Assembly (NCBI GenBank): GCA_963755915.1 | Contig: CAVWLP010000002.1 | Location: forward strand, 2,624,001-2,688,000 | Length of the DNA: 64,000 nucleotides | Direction: 5' to 3' | Source: an uncultured Phycisphaerales bacterium | Lineage (GTDB): Bacteria > Planctomycetota > Phycisphaerae > Tepidisphaerales > Tepidisphaeraceae | Shown here: positions 51,347 to 61,899 of the stretch, piece after piece | How positions within the stretch are numbered: the stretch's first letter is position 1 | How the letters are laid out: each line of letters opens with the position of its first letter | Notes under the pieces: model-generated | Databases searched by the model: none | The model's input: only the letters and a program-made list of their open reading frames with translations | Told to the model about the DNA's origin: nothing | Program-made: the position numbers and the translations under genes

Positions 51347-51375
51347 AAGCGCTTCCCTTCGGGTCGCGGCTAAAC
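51347..51375. repeat. Uninterrupted REP-like unit AAGCGCTTCCCTTCGGGTCGCGGCTAAAC
   Basis: Matches the flanks of the 32756 copy. Confidence 0.75.
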
Positions 51376-51390
51376 GGGCGGAAACAGGGT

Positions 51391-53319
51391 TTAGGGAGTG
51401 ATGGGCTCGACGGCGCGGAGGACTTGCCAGTGTTCCGCGACTGCTGGGCCGATGTTTATTGCGGGGGCTTCGGGCATCTGGCAATAGATGCAGGCTTGGC
51501 CGGATTTTATGAGGGCGTCGATGCGGGCGGCGCGGTCGGGGGAAATGTCGCCGACGTTGGTGGGCAACCCATCCGGGGCGATTGGGTCGGTGGATAGGGG
51601 CTGATCGATGTCGAGGGTTTGTCCCGCGGTGATTTGGATGGTGGGGATGTGAACATTACCGGCGGCGGTGGCGATTTGGATATCTCCCAGGAGGGTCGGC
51701 GAGAGGTTTGTGATTGAGCCGACGAGATGCGGGCCGGAATTTTCTGACTGAAGCTGGAGCGTGGTTTTGAGTAGGGGAGGGCCGAGGTTGGCGGATTCGC
51801 CGTGCCAGGCCTGGGCTTCGGAGCCGGTGAGATCGACGAATTCGGGGCGGCAGCCAGCGCGGTCTTCGCGGCACTGGGCGTCGACGAAACGGTCGGGGCG
51901 ATAGGTGCGGGCGGCCTGGTTGGCGGGTTCCCACCACTCGCTCGGGTCCAGCGAAAGATTCACGCGCATGGGGTCGTCGGAATTAAGGGCGATGATGTCG
52001 GACGCGGCGACGGTGGAATCGCCTATCTGGTCGATCAGACGGAAGGTTGAAACTGTCGCCGAGGGATGGACGGCACGTGCGGCGATGCAGAATCCGATGC
52101 TGAGGAGTAGTCCGATCCATCCGGTGAGGGTGAGGGCGTTTCGCGGGTGCTGGCCGAGGCGCATCAGGAGGATGGAATCGACGGGGCCGAGGAGGAAAAA
52201 GATTCCGGCGAGGAGGAGTAGCTCGCCGGTGCGGTCGGGGCGCGGGCTTGAGCCGGTTGCGCCGAGGAGGTTGAGGAGGGGCAGGATGGCCCGGGATTCG
52301 CGTGCGCCGCGTCCGACGCTTTCGGCGGCGTTGGGGCCGGCGACGAGGTTTTGGTCTTCTTCGGCAACCCGCAATTCTGAGGGTTGGCCGATGCCTGGGA
52401 CTTTCACCATGGGGCTGAGGATTGATTTCCAGAGGGCGTTGACGGAGGCGTCATCCGAGAGAGGCAGCGGGGCGATATCGACGGGAAGAACGGTGATTTT
52501 GCCGAGGCCGATGTTCGCGAAATAGCCAACCTGGTCGAGTACGTGAAGTTCGCTGGCGTTGCCGCGCGGGGTAAGCTGGCGGGCGTTGAGATGGGAATCT
52601 CCCACGGTTTGATTGATGCCGATCGTGCAGGGGAGGGCGTCGATGAGCGGGCTCTTTGGGGGCAGGGGGGTGGGGCCGGGGATGAGGACGAGATTTCCGC
52701 CGCGATGGATCCACTCGGTGATCGCCTGGTCCTGGTCGGCGGTGGTTTGGGTGAGGTCGGGGGCGGCGAGGAGGAGGACGGAAAGGCCGTCGTAGCCGGC
52801 GAAGTTTGCGGGGAGTTTTAGAGAGTCGAGCACTCCGGCGGGTATTTGGGCGCGATCCAGTTGGGCCTGGAGACGGAGGCTGTCGTCGACGTTTCCGCTG
52901 ATGCCAATCAGGAGGTCGCCGGGGGCGAGGAGACGCATTGGAGTTTGGCCGGCGGGGGTGAAATTGGAATTGGTTTGGAGGGGCTGGTAGCCGAGGGTTT
53001 TGCCGGTTTGGAGGTCGGAGACGATGACTTCGATGCGGGAGGGCTGGGCGTTGATGGGGAAGAGGAGGGCAAAGGTGGTGGGGCGGGGGGAGGCGGGGGC
53101 GGTTTGGTGGAGCGACATGGCGAGGGTTTTTTCGCCGTAGGAGCCGTGGATCTGGAGATCGACGGCGCGGGTTTGGGGGTCTTCGATGGTGACGAAGATT
53201 GGTTCCCAGCGGCCGAGGCGCATGGCGTTGCCCCAGCCGACGGTGACGTTGCGGATTTCTTGGGCGAAGGAGGGGGTGAAACTCAGAAGCAGGATCAGGG
53301 GTGTGAGGAGGGATTTCAC
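51391..53319 (-). CDS. Hypothetical membrane protein with class I glutamine-amidotransferase-like domain
   Basis: Signal peptide; RLGRW.P; GYDG...AITEWIHRGGNLVL; two TM helices. Confidence 0.7.
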   Translation of the reverse strand: MKSLLTPLILLLSFTPSFAQEIRNVTVGWGNAMRLGRWEPIFVTIEDPQTRAVDLQIHGSYGEKTLAMSLHQTAPASPRPTTFALLFPINAQPSRIEVIVSDLQTGKTLGYQPLQTNSNFTPAGQTPMRLLAPGDLLIGISGNVDDSLRLQAQLDRAQIPAGVLDSLKLPANFAGYDGLSVLLLAAPDLTQTTADQDQAITEWIHRGGNLVLIPGPTPLPPKSPLIDALPCTIGINQTVGDSHLNARQLTPRGNASELHVLDQVGYFANIGLGKITVLPVDIAPLPLSDDASVNALWKSILSPMVKVPGIGQPSELRVAEEDQNLVAGPNAAESVGRGARESRAILPLLNLLGATGSSPRPDRTGELLLLAGIFFLLGPVDSILLMRLGQHPRNALTLTGWIGLLLSIGFCIAARAVHPSATVSTFRLIDQIGDSTVAASDIIALNSDDPMRVNLSLDPSEWWEPANQAARTYRPDRFVDAQCREDRAGCRPEFVDLTGSEAQAWHGESANLGPPLLKTTLQLQSENSGPHLVGSITNLSPTLLGDIQIATAAGNVHIPTIQITAGQTLDIDQPLSTDPIAPDGLPTNVGDISPDRAARIDALIKSGQACIYCQMPEAPAINIGPAVAEHWQVLRAVEPITP

Positions 53320-53391
53320 GTTTGCGATTGTCGCGCGCGGGGGAGGGCATTGCCAGACGCTTTTGGCGTCGCAATATCGCGTGATTAGACT

Positions 53392-54165
53392 ATGGGGATG
53401 CCCATCCCGTTACATGAGGATCCGCCGATTCCACCGGAGCTGAAGAGGATGCCACCGAGGGAGGTTCGGCTGAAGCAGGATGCGCTTTCGGGGAATGTGT
53501 TCAAGGTTCTGGTGTTCGTGGTCATGGGATTGTTTGCGATCGGGGGAATTTTGTTCGGGGTTTGCGAGATGGCGTTTATCGCGAGTGCGCCGATTGTGCC
53601 TGGGCATGTGATTGATATGGCGACGCGAGAAGGGAGCAAGGGCGGGAGGACGTACCTGGTGACGTATGAGTTCAGCGATTCGGGGAGCATTTATACGAAT
53701 ACGCAGACGGTGAGCGAGACGTATTACCATGATCTTTACGATGGGGCCGGGGTGCCGGTTAATACGATGGTGATCGCGTCGCATCGATTCGAGAAGATTC
53801 ACGTTTCGTGGGGGGAATATTTCAAGGAGTCGCCGGTGTGGTTTGTCGCGGTTTTTTTTGGGGCAATGATGTTGTTGCTGTGGAGGCGGAGGCGGGTCGT
53901 GCTGTATGGCGTTGTGCGGGATGGGGAGGCGACGATTGGGATCATTGAGAGTAAAAAGACTTATCGTACGCGCAACGGGAGAACTTATTATGTGAAGTAT
54001 CAGTATACGGATTCGCAGAAGTGTTTGAGGACGGGGAAGCGGATGAACGTGAAGCAGGTGGATTATGAGGAGCTGCAGCAGGGGGATCGGGTGGTGGTGC
54101 TGTTTGATCCGATGAAACAGGGGCGGAGTTTGATCTACAAGTGTGGCCCGTATGAGGCGGTGTGA
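53392..54165 (+). CDS. Membrane protein with two DUF3592-like OB domains
   Basis: TM, TYLVTYEF, TM, YYVKYQY..GDRVVVLFDP. Confidence 0.7.
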   Translation: MGMPIPLHEDPPIPPELKRMPPREVRLKQDALSGNVFKVLVFVVMGLFAIGGILFGVCEMAFIASAPIVPGHVIDMATREGSKGGRTYLVTYEFSDSGSIYTNTQTVSETYYHDLYDGAGVPVNTMVIASHRFEKIHVSWGEYFKESPVWFVAVFFGAMMLLLWRRRRVVLYGVVRDGEATIGIIESKKTYRTRNGRTYYVKYQYTDSQKCLRTGKRMNVKQVDYEELQQGDRVVVLFDPMKQGRSLIYKCGPYEAV

Positions 54166-54171
54166 TAAAAC

Positions 54172-54275
54172 AAGCGCCTCGCAAGCGAGGCGGCTACACG
54201 GCCCTCACCCCAACTCCCGACAAGTCGGGACTTCGCTTCGCTCAGCCTCTGATCTCCCGGGGTACCGGGAGAGGG
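54172..54275. repeat. Composite REP cluster: GTAG-type REP plus CCCTCACCCC-type REP with a 38-nt insert
   Basis: Reverse complement GTAGCCGCCTCGCTTGCGAGGCG; insert 54215-54252 relative to the 29912 copy; lies between convergent genes. Confidence 0.75.
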
Positions 54276-54305
54276 AGTAAGAGAGGGGGAATATCTTTTG
54301 ATAGT

Positions 54306-56051
54306 TTACGCGAGGGTACCGAGTTCCATCTCGTGCAATCCTTTGCCGCTGGGGACCATGGGGTAGACGTGCTCGTTGGGTTCGACGAGGAAGTCGACGA
54401 CCACCGGGCCTTTGTGGTCCAGCATTTCTTTGACGGCTTTGGGGACATCGGATTTGTGGTCGCAGCGGATTCCGCGGACGCCGCAGGCTTCGGCCAGCTT
54501 GGAGAAGTTGGGGTTTTTCATGGCGGACTGGCTGTAGCGTTTTTCGTAGAAGAGGTCCTGCCACTGCTTGATCATGCCCTGGAACTCGTTGTTGAGGATG
54601 GCGACTTTCACCGGGATGTTGTATTCGGCGGCGGTGACGAGTTCGTACATGGTCATGAGGAAGCTGGCGTCGCCGTCGATGTCGATGACGATTTTGCCTG
54701 GGCTGCCGAGCTGGGCGCCGATGGCGCTGGGGAGTCCGTAGCCCATGGTGCCGAGTCCGCCACTGGTGATCATCTGGCGGGGGAAGCGCCAGCGGTAGAA
54801 CTGGGCGGCCCACATCTGATGCTGGCCGACGCCGGTGGTAATGATGGCTTCGCCGTTGGTCTGGCGGTTGATTTCTTCGATAACGTACTGGGGTTTGGCC
54901 ATCTTGGAGTCGTCAAGATAGTGGAACGGATATTTTTGCCGCCAGGCGTTGATCTGGGCCCACCAGGCGGTGCGATCGCGATGCTCGATGAGGGGGAGCA
55001 TGGCTTCGAGGGAGGTTTTAGCGTCGCCGACGACGGGGACATCGACGTCGACGGTTTTGCTGATGCTGCTGGGGTCGATGTCGATGTGGATGATTTTTGC
55101 GTGGGGGGCGAAGGAGGCGAGGTTGCCGGTGACCCGGTCGTCGAAGCGAGCGCCGATGCTGATAAGGCAATCGGAGGCCTGGACGGAATAATTGGCGGCG
55201 GCGGCACCGTGCATGCCGAGCATGAGCATGGCGCGGGGGTCCATTTCGTCGAAGGCGCCCAGACCAAGGAGGGTCGTGGTGCAGGGGATGTTTGCTTTTT
55301 CGGCGAGCTTGCGGACGGCGGCGGAAGCGCCGCTGATGATGGCGCCGCCACCGACGTAGAGGATGGGCTTTTCGCTGCGGTTGATCAATTCGGCGGCTTC
55401 CTGGACCTGGCGCTCGTGGGCGGCCATGTAGTTGGTCTTGCGTTTTTGGATGTGGGGGCGCGGGGTGTCGTCGACTTCGCGGGTGCAGAGGTTGGTGGAG
55501 ACGTCTTTGGGGATGTCGACGAGGACGGGGCCGGGGCGTCCGGTGGTGGCGATGAGGAAGGCTTCGTTGATGATGCGGGGGAGTTCGTGGACGTCCTTGA
55601 TGAGGTAATTCCACTTGGTACAGGGACGTGAGATGCCGGTGACGTCGGCTTCCTGGAAGGCGTCGTTGCCGATGAATTTGGTGGCGACTTGGCCGCTGAA
55701 GACGAGGATGGGGACGGAGTCGAGCTGGGCGGTGGCGAGTGGGGTGATGGTGTTGGTGGCGCCGGGGCCGGAGGTGACGACGCAGACACCGGGTTTGCCG
55801 GTGGCGCGGGCGTAGCCGTCGGCGCAGTGACCGGAGCCTTGTTCGTGGCGGTTCAGGATGAATTTGGCGCTGGTCTTATAAAGCTGGTCGAAGACGGGGA
55901 GGATGGCTCCGCCGGGGTAGCCGAACATGACTTCGACTTTGTGAGCGCCGACGAGCATCTCGTGGAAGATCTGGGCGCCGGACTTGCCCTGGTATTTGGG
56001 CTTGGAGGGGGTGGTTGTATTGGTCTGAACTTCGGATTGAACTGTGGCCAT
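54306..56051 (-). CDS. ilvB: Acetolactate synthase large subunit, biosynthetic
   Basis: [52 protein letters not shown] motif, VYPMVP. Confidence 0.96.
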   Translation of the reverse strand: MATVQSEVQTNTTTPSKPKYQGKSGAQIFHEMLVGAHKVEVMFGYPGGAILPVFDQLYKTSAKFILNRHEQGSGHCADGYARATGKPGVCVVTSGPGATNTITPLATAQLDSVPILVFSGQVATKFIGNDAFQEADVTGISRPCTKWNYLIKDVHELPRIINEAFLIATTGRPGPVLVDIPKDVSTNLCTREVDDTPRPHIQKRKTNYMAAHERQVQEAAELINRSEKPILYVGGGAIISGASAAVRKLAEKANIPCTTTLLGLGAFDEMDPRAMLMLGMHGAAAANYSVQASDCLISIGARFDDRVTGNLASFAPHAKIIHIDIDPSSISKTVDVDVPVVGDAKTSLEAMLPLIEHRDRTAWWAQINAWRQKYPFHYLDDSKMAKPQYVIEEINRQTNGEAIITTGVGQHQMWAAQFYRWRFPRQMITSGGLGTMGYGLPSAIGAQLGSPGKIVIDIDGDASFLMTMYELVTAAEYNIPVKVAILNNEFQGMIKQWQDLFYEKRYSQSAMKNPNFSKLAEACGVRGIRCDHKSDVPKAVKEMLDHKGPVVVDFLVEPNEHVYPMVPSGKGLHEMELGTLA

Positions 56052-56148
56052 TGGAGTTTCCAAAAAGTTATAACTATTTTAAAATCAGGGAGTTAAGCTC
56101 TGAGGTGGGCCGGTTCGCGGCAGGAATTTGAGGTCCCAGGCCGCCGGC

Positions 56149-56202
56149 CTATCGTACGACGACCGTAAGCTGCTGACCGAGAACCTGGGTGCGAACCGCC
56201 AT
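56149..56202 (-). promoter_or_regulatory. Putative ilvB attenuator leader peptide MAVRTQVLGQQLTVVVR
   Basis: 17 codons with 5 Val and 2 Leu, VVV before the stop, 97 nt upstream of ilvB; alternative pairings downstream. Confidence 0.7.
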
Positions 56203-56497
56203 TGTGGTTTGAATCCTACGATGTTGGAGGGTTATCGTCAATTCAAAAGATTTTGGTTAGCGACGTGCTGCGCGAGGGGGAATGTCCGAAAATGTCCGAA
56301 AGTGTCCGGGATTTGACGATGGAATTTCTTCCTAGGGTGCGATTGAAACGGCGGGGGTGGGTCGGGAGCATGGGTTAAAAACGTGTGCATCTACATATAG
56401 GTCCAAAGGGTGTACGTTTTGGACCTATTTTTGAGAAATCGGGGAATTTTTTGGGGTTGGATTGTTGAGAATGCAAAGAATCTGACAAAGCCGAGAG

Positions 56498-57347
56498 TCA
56501 ATGTGATCGGGGGGCGAGTTGGAAGGGGTCGGCGCGGAGGCCGGTGTTGCGGATGGAATCGGCGAGGGATTGGGCCTCGGGGAGGTCGTCGGCGAGGGTG
56601 AAGAGGGAGCTGCCGCTGCCGCTCATGCGGACGGGGCGGGAGATTTGGGATTCGATTTTCGCGGAGTTCGGCGAGGTCGGGGTGGAGGGCGAAGGCGGAG
56701 GGTTCGAGATCATTAATTAGTTTGGGGAGTAATTCTTTGGCGGGGAGGTTGGTCCACGCGTTCCAATCGCGGTGATTTTGGACGTCGGCGGTTGAGCCGA
56801 GTTTCAGGTCGTCGAATTTTTTGTAGACGGCGGGGGTGGGCATTGAAAGGTGGGGGAGGATGAGGATGACGAATTTTGGTTTGGGGAGGGAGATGGGAGT
56901 GACGCGCTCGCCGCGGCCTTGGCAGATGCTGCTGGGGCCGTGGAGGAAGAAGACGATGTCGCTGCCGAGGTTGGCGGCGATCTGGGCGAGGTCGTTTGTG
57001 GATTTCCGGAGGCGCCAGAGTTCGTTTAGCGCGAGAAGGGTAGACGCGGCGTTGGAGCTTCCGCCGCCGAGGCCGCCGCCGATGGGGATATTTTTTTGGA
57101 GGATTGCGTCGGCGCCGAGATGGGGGGCGAGCATTTTTGCTGCGCGGGCGATTAGGTTGGTTTCGTCGAGGGGAATGTCGGGAAGGTCGCAGGTTAATTT
57201 CACACCGGGGGTGCTCGAATTACGAAATTCGATTTCGTCGTGCAGGCCGAGGGTACACATCCAGCTTAGGAGTGGATGGAATCCGTCGGCAGCGGGCGGG
57301 GCGACGCGTAGATGGAGGTTGATTTTGGCTGGGGAGAGAATCTTCAC
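56498..57347 (-). CDS. ispE: 4-diphosphocytidyl-2-C-methyl-D-erythritol kinase (frameshift near 56660)
   Basis: PAKINLHL, KNIPIGGGLGGGSSNAA, LGSDIVFF, NDLE, MSGSGSS. Confidence 0.95.
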
Positions 57348-57370
57348 AATCAATTTCCAAGAAATACGTG

Positions 57371-57456
57371 GAACCACGGATTTCACGGATTTCGCGGATA
57401 AGAAAATGCAGTTTTGGTTTTTCTCTTATCCGTGTGATCCGTGTAATCCGCGGTTC
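57371..57456. repeat. Imperfect inverted repeat built from 9-mer units (ACGGATTTC)
   Basis: Arms 57371-57403 and 57424-57456. Confidence 0.75.
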
Positions 57457-57461
57457 TATTT

Positions 57462-57938
57462 TTATTTTCCGTCGCGGAAGAGGCCTTGTTCGCAGCTTAA
57501 TACGAAATGCTCGGCGCAGGCTTTTAGGTCTTCCCATTTCTGGCGGATGCGGTCGGCCTCGGCGGAGTCTACGTTGTGGGCGTCCTGCTGGGATGCGGTG
57601 ACGGCGTCGAGAAGCTCGCTGAAGTCGCGGACCATCTCGCGGGTTTCGTCGAAGATGGTTTCGTCGGCGCTCTTGCGGAGGTTGGGGACGGGGTTGGAGG
57701 CGAAGAATCCGCCGGCCTCGTTGCAGAGCCAGCGGATGAGGTGGACGTCTTTGGTGAGTTGGTAGAGCTCGCGGACGCGGTCCAGCGGGTTTTTGGCGCC
57801 GGAGGCTTCGGGGTCGGCGTGCTCGGCGGGGGGCTCGCACCATTTGTATACCAGGGCGGCAGAGACTTTGAGGCCGGCGGCGACGGCTTTGACGCCGAGA
57901 TCGTCGACGGCGTTGCGGATGACTTCGTAGGATTTCAT
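57462..57938 (-). CDS. Phage regulatory CII-like (CP76-type) HTH protein
   Basis: GVKAVAAGLKVSAALVYKW; NPLDRV; WLCNEAGGFF; IRQKWEDLK. Confidence 0.65.
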   Translation of the reverse strand: MKSYEVIRNAVDDLGVKAVAAGLKVSAALVYKWCEPPAEHADPEASGAKNPLDRVRELYQLTKDVHLIRWLCNEAGGFFASNPVPNLRKSADETIFDETREMVRDFSELLDAVTASQQDAHNVDSAEADRIRQKWEDLKACAEHFVLSCEQGLFRDGK

Positions 57939-58050
57939 AAGCCGAATTGTAACAAGGCGCTGTTGGAAAATTCTATGGTCGTCGGGGGGCAATTGGGTTT
58001 GATGATCGGATTGGAAGAATTCCCCACGGCAGCGCCGTGGGCGTTCCGGT

Positions 58051-58386
58051 TCAAATGGTTTTTTCGGTCGGTGGTTTGGAGGGGATGCGAATGGATGAGC
58101 GGTCCTCAAATGTCAGACGGAGGAAATGGTCAGGGTCGGGCTCGATCTCGCACATTCCGGTGGCGATTCGTTTTACGGTTCCGCGATTTGCGGAGATTTC
58201 GCCTTCGTATTCGAGATAGATGCGGCGGTGGTCGGGGATTCGTTCGAATTTTGTGGTGGGGGTGGGGGGCCAATCAGAGCAGCGCACTGACGCGAGTGGT
58301 GAATCGGCATTCAGCTCAAAAAGCAGATCGTAATGGGGGTGGGGGATTCCGGTGTGGTGGAGTACGACGTAGCGCCTGCGCGGCAT
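58051..58386 (-). CDS. Small LigD 3'-phosphoesterase-like domain protein
   Basis: YVVLHH..HYDLLFE...DHRRIYLEYEGEI..RG.V. Confidence 0.7.
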   Translation of the reverse strand: MPRRRYVVLHHTGIPHPHYDLLFELNADSPLASVRCSDWPPTPTTKFERIPDHRRIYLEYEGEISANRGTVKRIATGMCEIEPDPDHFLRLTFEDRSSIRIPSKPPTEKTI

Positions 58387-58391
58387 AAATA

Positions 58392-59466
58392 TTACCTGGC
58401 GGGGGCGGGGATGGGGGCGGGCTCGTAGGTGCTGCGGACGGAGCCGGACGGCGATGTGCTGCTTTTGAGGTCGCAAGGGTGGGCGTCGGGGCCGAGGTTC
58501 CAGTCGCGGGCGTAATCTTCGGCGAGTTGGCGCATTTCGGATTGGGATAAATCCGGCTTGTCGACGGATTCGGCGGCTTCGCGGACTTCTTCTTCGTTGA
58601 GGAGGGTGCCGGTGATGCTGGTGAGGGCGGGGTCCATGAGGAGCCATTTGCAGGCGAGCTGGTGGACGTTCATGCCGTGATCGGAGGCGAAAGTGGCGGA
58701 TGAGTTCGAGCTTTTTCAGGCCATAGATTTTCCAGGCCTGGTCGCGGAATTTGCGGTGGTCGTTTTGGGAGATTTCGGTGTCGAGGCGGACCTTGTCTTT
58801 GAGGATGCTGCTGTTGTCGTGGACGCGGGCGAGGACGCCGGCGTGGGTGGAGTGGGCGACTTCGCAGAATTCGCGGCCGGGGTTTTGCTCGAAGAGGTTG
58901 TAGACGGTTTGGACGGCCTTGGCGTTGTGGTCGAGCATGGCCTGGATGCCCTCTTCGCGCCAGCCGATGGCTGGGCCGAGGGAGACGCCCCAGACGCGGA
59001 TTTTTCCTTCGGATTTGATTTTTTCCAGCTCGGCGAAGAGATCGTCGCGGAATTGGGGGAGCTTGATGTTGTGAGCCATGTAGAGGTCAATGGTTTCTAC
59101 GCCGAGGCGCTCCAGGGATTTTTCGAGGGCGAAGCGTAGGAACTTTGGGGAGAAGTCTTGTTTGCGTTCTTTGTGGGAGCCGGGCTCGCCGGGGTCGGAG
59201 TAGAAGTCGTAGCCGAATTTTCCGCCGATCTCGATTTTTTCGCGGGGGAGGGTTTTGAGGAATTGGCCGAGGAGTGATTCGGCGCGGCCGTTGCCGTAGG
59301 CGTCGCCGGAATCGAAGAAGGTGATGCCCTGGTCGTGGGCGAAGTGCATGAGATGGAGGGCCTGGTCGTCGGTGTAATGGCCCCACCAGTCGACGCCGAA
59401 GGGCCAGCAGCCGAGGCTGATGGCGGAGACTTCGAGGTCGGTGTCGCCGAATTTGCGTCGTTGCAT
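58392..59466 (-). CDS. Aldo/keto reductase (frameshift near 58690)
   Basis: VSAISLG, FFDSGDAYGNG, SLERLGVETIDLY, GKIR..GVS, YNLF. Confidence 0.92.
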
Positions 59467-59522
59467 GATGTCTATGATCATATTTGTTGGATTGGGATTT
59501 GCTACTGAGAAAGGAAGAATAT

Positions 59523-59574
59523 CTCACGCAGAGGCGCAGAGAAGAAAGCTTTATGCTCTGCGCCTCTGCGTGAG
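59523..59574. repeat. Perfect 19-bp inverted repeat CTCACGCAGAGGCGCAGAG
   Basis: Arms 59523-59541 and 59556-59574. Confidence 0.85.
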
Positions 59575-59584
59575 GTTTTTTTAG

Positions 59585-60313
59585 ATGTTGTCACGCTGCA
59601 AAATACCTGGGCTGTTTGTGACGGGGACGGATACCGGCGTGGGGAAGACGCTCGTTGCCGGGGCGATTGCGGATTGGGGGAGGCGGCGGAAGTTGCGGGT
59701 GGCGGTTTGTAAGCCGGTGGCGACGGGGTGCGAGCGGCGGCGGGAGGGGCTGGTGAGCGAGGATGCGGAATTTTTGGCGCATCATGCGGATGCGCGGTTT
59801 CCGCTGGATACGATTTGCCCACAGCGGTTTGCCGAGGCGCTGGCGCCGGCTGTGGCGGCGGAGAGGGCGAAAACGTCGATCGAGTGGAATGCGATCGATG
59901 CGGTGATTCAGATGATGTCTCGGGAGAGTGATTTTCTGATCGTGGAGGGGGTGGGGGGGGTGATGGTGCCGATGGATCGGAATTCGACGGTGCTGGATAT
60001 GATGGGGTGGTTGGGGTTGCCGGCGGTTGTGGTTGCCCGCGCGGGGCTGGGGACGATTAATCATACGCTGCTCACTGTGGAGGCGCTGCGGTGGGTGAAG
60101 GTTCGGGTGGCGGGGGTGGTGATTAACGGGTATCCGCCGGAGACGCCGGGACCTGTCGAGGAGACGAATCCGCGGGCGATCGAGAAGTGGGGGAGGGTGC
60201 CGGTGCTTTGTCTGGTGCCGAAATTTTCGGGGAAGGCGATTCCGAAATTGCCGGAGGACGTGGTGGCGGCGGTGGAGCCGGTGGATTGGCTGGAGAAGGG
60301 GCGGGGGGGGTGA
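59585..60313 (+). CDS. bioD: Dethiobiotin synthase
   Basis: FVTGTDTGVGKT, KPVATG, VEGVGG, LGTINHTLL. Confidence 0.95.
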   Translation: MLSRCKIPGLFVTGTDTGVGKTLVAGAIADWGRRRKLRVAVCKPVATGCERRREGLVSEDAEFLAHHADARFPLDTICPQRFAEALAPAVAAERAKTSIEWNAIDAVIQMMSRESDFLIVEGVGGVMVPMDRNSTVLDMMGWLGLPAVVVARAGLGTINHTLLTVEALRWVKVRVAGVVINGYPPETPGPVEETNPRAIEKWGRVPVLCLVPKFSGKAIPKLPEDVVAAVEPVDWLEKGRGG

Positions 60314-60899
60314 ATAATCTTTTGGTGGTGCTGGATCGGGAAATTGTTGGCTACATCATCGAGGGGCTGTGGTGCATCTGGCTGGCGTATTGGATTTATA
60401 AATCGTTTGGAAACAAACGGACAATTTACTCGCAGGGTCGCGGCACGCGATTGATTTATGTTGGTGTGCTGGCATTTGCGTGGTATGCGGCCGAAAATCA
60501 TGGGCTGATTCCCCGCGTTCGACTCTTCCACGAAAATGTTTTCACACAGGTGGGAGGCATCCTGATTTGTGCGGCGGGGATTGCGCTGGCGATCTGGCGC
60601 GGGTGATTCTGGGGACCAACTGGAGCGGAATTGTTACTCTCAAGGAGAATCACGAGCTGATCCAGAGCGGGCCGTATCGGTTCGTCCGCCATCCGATTTA
60701 TTCGGGGATTCTGCTGGGGATTTTCGGAAGCATCTTTGCGCTGAATCCGTTTTCGGGGGGCCTTGTGGTGATGGCGGTCGCGATCTTCACGCTGCGCATT
60801 AAGTCGCTGCTGGAGGAGAGGATCATGCTGCGGACGTTTCCGGATCAGTATCCGGGGTATATGAAACGGGTGAGGGCGCTGATTCCATACGTCTGGTGA
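60310..60899 (+). CDS. Isoprenylcysteine carboxylmethyltransferase family membrane protein (frameshift near 60600)
   Basis: LGTNWS, HELIQSGPYRFVRHPIY, EERIM, Y..Y..RV.ALIP. Confidence 0.9.
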
Positions 60900-60942
60900 G
60901 GCGCGATGGAAATGGGTCCGGCGGTGGCATATAACGCTTTGG

Positions 60943-61722
60943 ATGCCGGGGATTGAGATACTTTTTCTGGGGACGGGGACGTCGGCGGGGATTCCGATGA
61001 TCGGGTGCCATTGCCCGGTTTGTTCGAGCGCGGATCCGCGCGATAAACGGATGCGGCCGTCGGCGTTGATTACGTATGGGCAGACGCGGGTGCTGATCGA
61101 TGCGACGCCGGAACTGCGGTTGCAGTGTGTGAACAATGGCGTCGACATGATCGAGGCGGTGGTTTTTACGCATGCGCATGCGGATCACATTATGGGGCTG
61201 GATGATCTGCGGCGGTTCAATGCGCTGAAGAAGGGGCCGGTGGATGTGTGGGCGGATGAGGCGACGCATGCTGTGCTGACGCGGTGCTTCGGGTATGCGT
61301 TTCAGGAGCCGGAGCCGGAGATGAAAGTTTTTCGGCCGCATTTGGTGAGGAGGATGATTGAGGGGGCGTTTGAGATCGGGGGGAAGGTTTGGACGCCGAT
61401 TCCGATGATGCATGGGGATATGCCGGTGCTGGGGTTTCGGGTCGGGAACCTGGCGTATTGCACGGATGTGAATTTTATTCCGGAGGCTTCGTTCGATTTG
61501 CTTAAGGGTGTGGATGTGCTGGTGCTGGATGCGCTGCAGTATAAGCGGCATACGACGCATTTTTCGGTGGAGGAGTCGGTGGAGGTGTCGAGGAGAATCG
61601 GGGCGCGGCGGACGTTTTTTACGCATATCGCGCATGCGCTGGGGCATGAGGCAACGAATGCATCGCTGCCGGTAAATATCCGCCTGGCGCACGATGGCTT
61701 GAGGGTGGAAGCGGGAGAATAG
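60943..61722 (+). CDS. MBL-fold metallo-hydrolase (PhnP/YycJ-like)
   Basis: LGTGTSAGIPMIGC.C.VC, THAHADH, AYCTD, THIAH, AHDG. Confidence 0.92.
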   Translation: MPGIEILFLGTGTSAGIPMIGCHCPVCSSADPRDKRMRPSALITYGQTRVLIDATPELRLQCVNNGVDMIEAVVFTHAHADHIMGLDDLRRFNALKKGPVDVWADEATHAVLTRCFGYAFQEPEPEMKVFRPHLVRRMIEGAFEIGGKVWTPIPMMHGDMPVLGFRVGNLAYCTDVNFIPEASFDLLKGVDVLVLDALQYKRHTTHFSVEESVEVSRRIGARRTFFTHIAHALGHEATNASLPVNIRLAHDGLRVEAGE

Positions 61723-61899
61723 GGCCGGAAGAGGTCGGCTGGGGGGGTGGGGAAAGCTGCTTGGGGCTTTTTTGGGACGCCTAGCTATTTATCGCTAAGA
61801 AAACCCTTTGAAAAAAGACTGAAATGGTATTTGAGCGTTCGATTTGGAGGACGATAGGGAAAGCGTTGACGTTGAAGAGGGAATCGCTCAGGGAGAAGT

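Noticed and set aside
54162-55631. Long antisense ORFs (for example opposite ilvB, GH115, rplL and cstA)
   Set aside because: Shadow frames of well-supported genes in GC-rich DNA, with no motifs of their own.
58051-59481. AKR fused to a LigD-like domain (476 aa)
   Set aside because: A frameshift near 58690 causes the read-through. The AKR has its own C-terminus ending at 58392 and the small gene has its own ATG at 58386.
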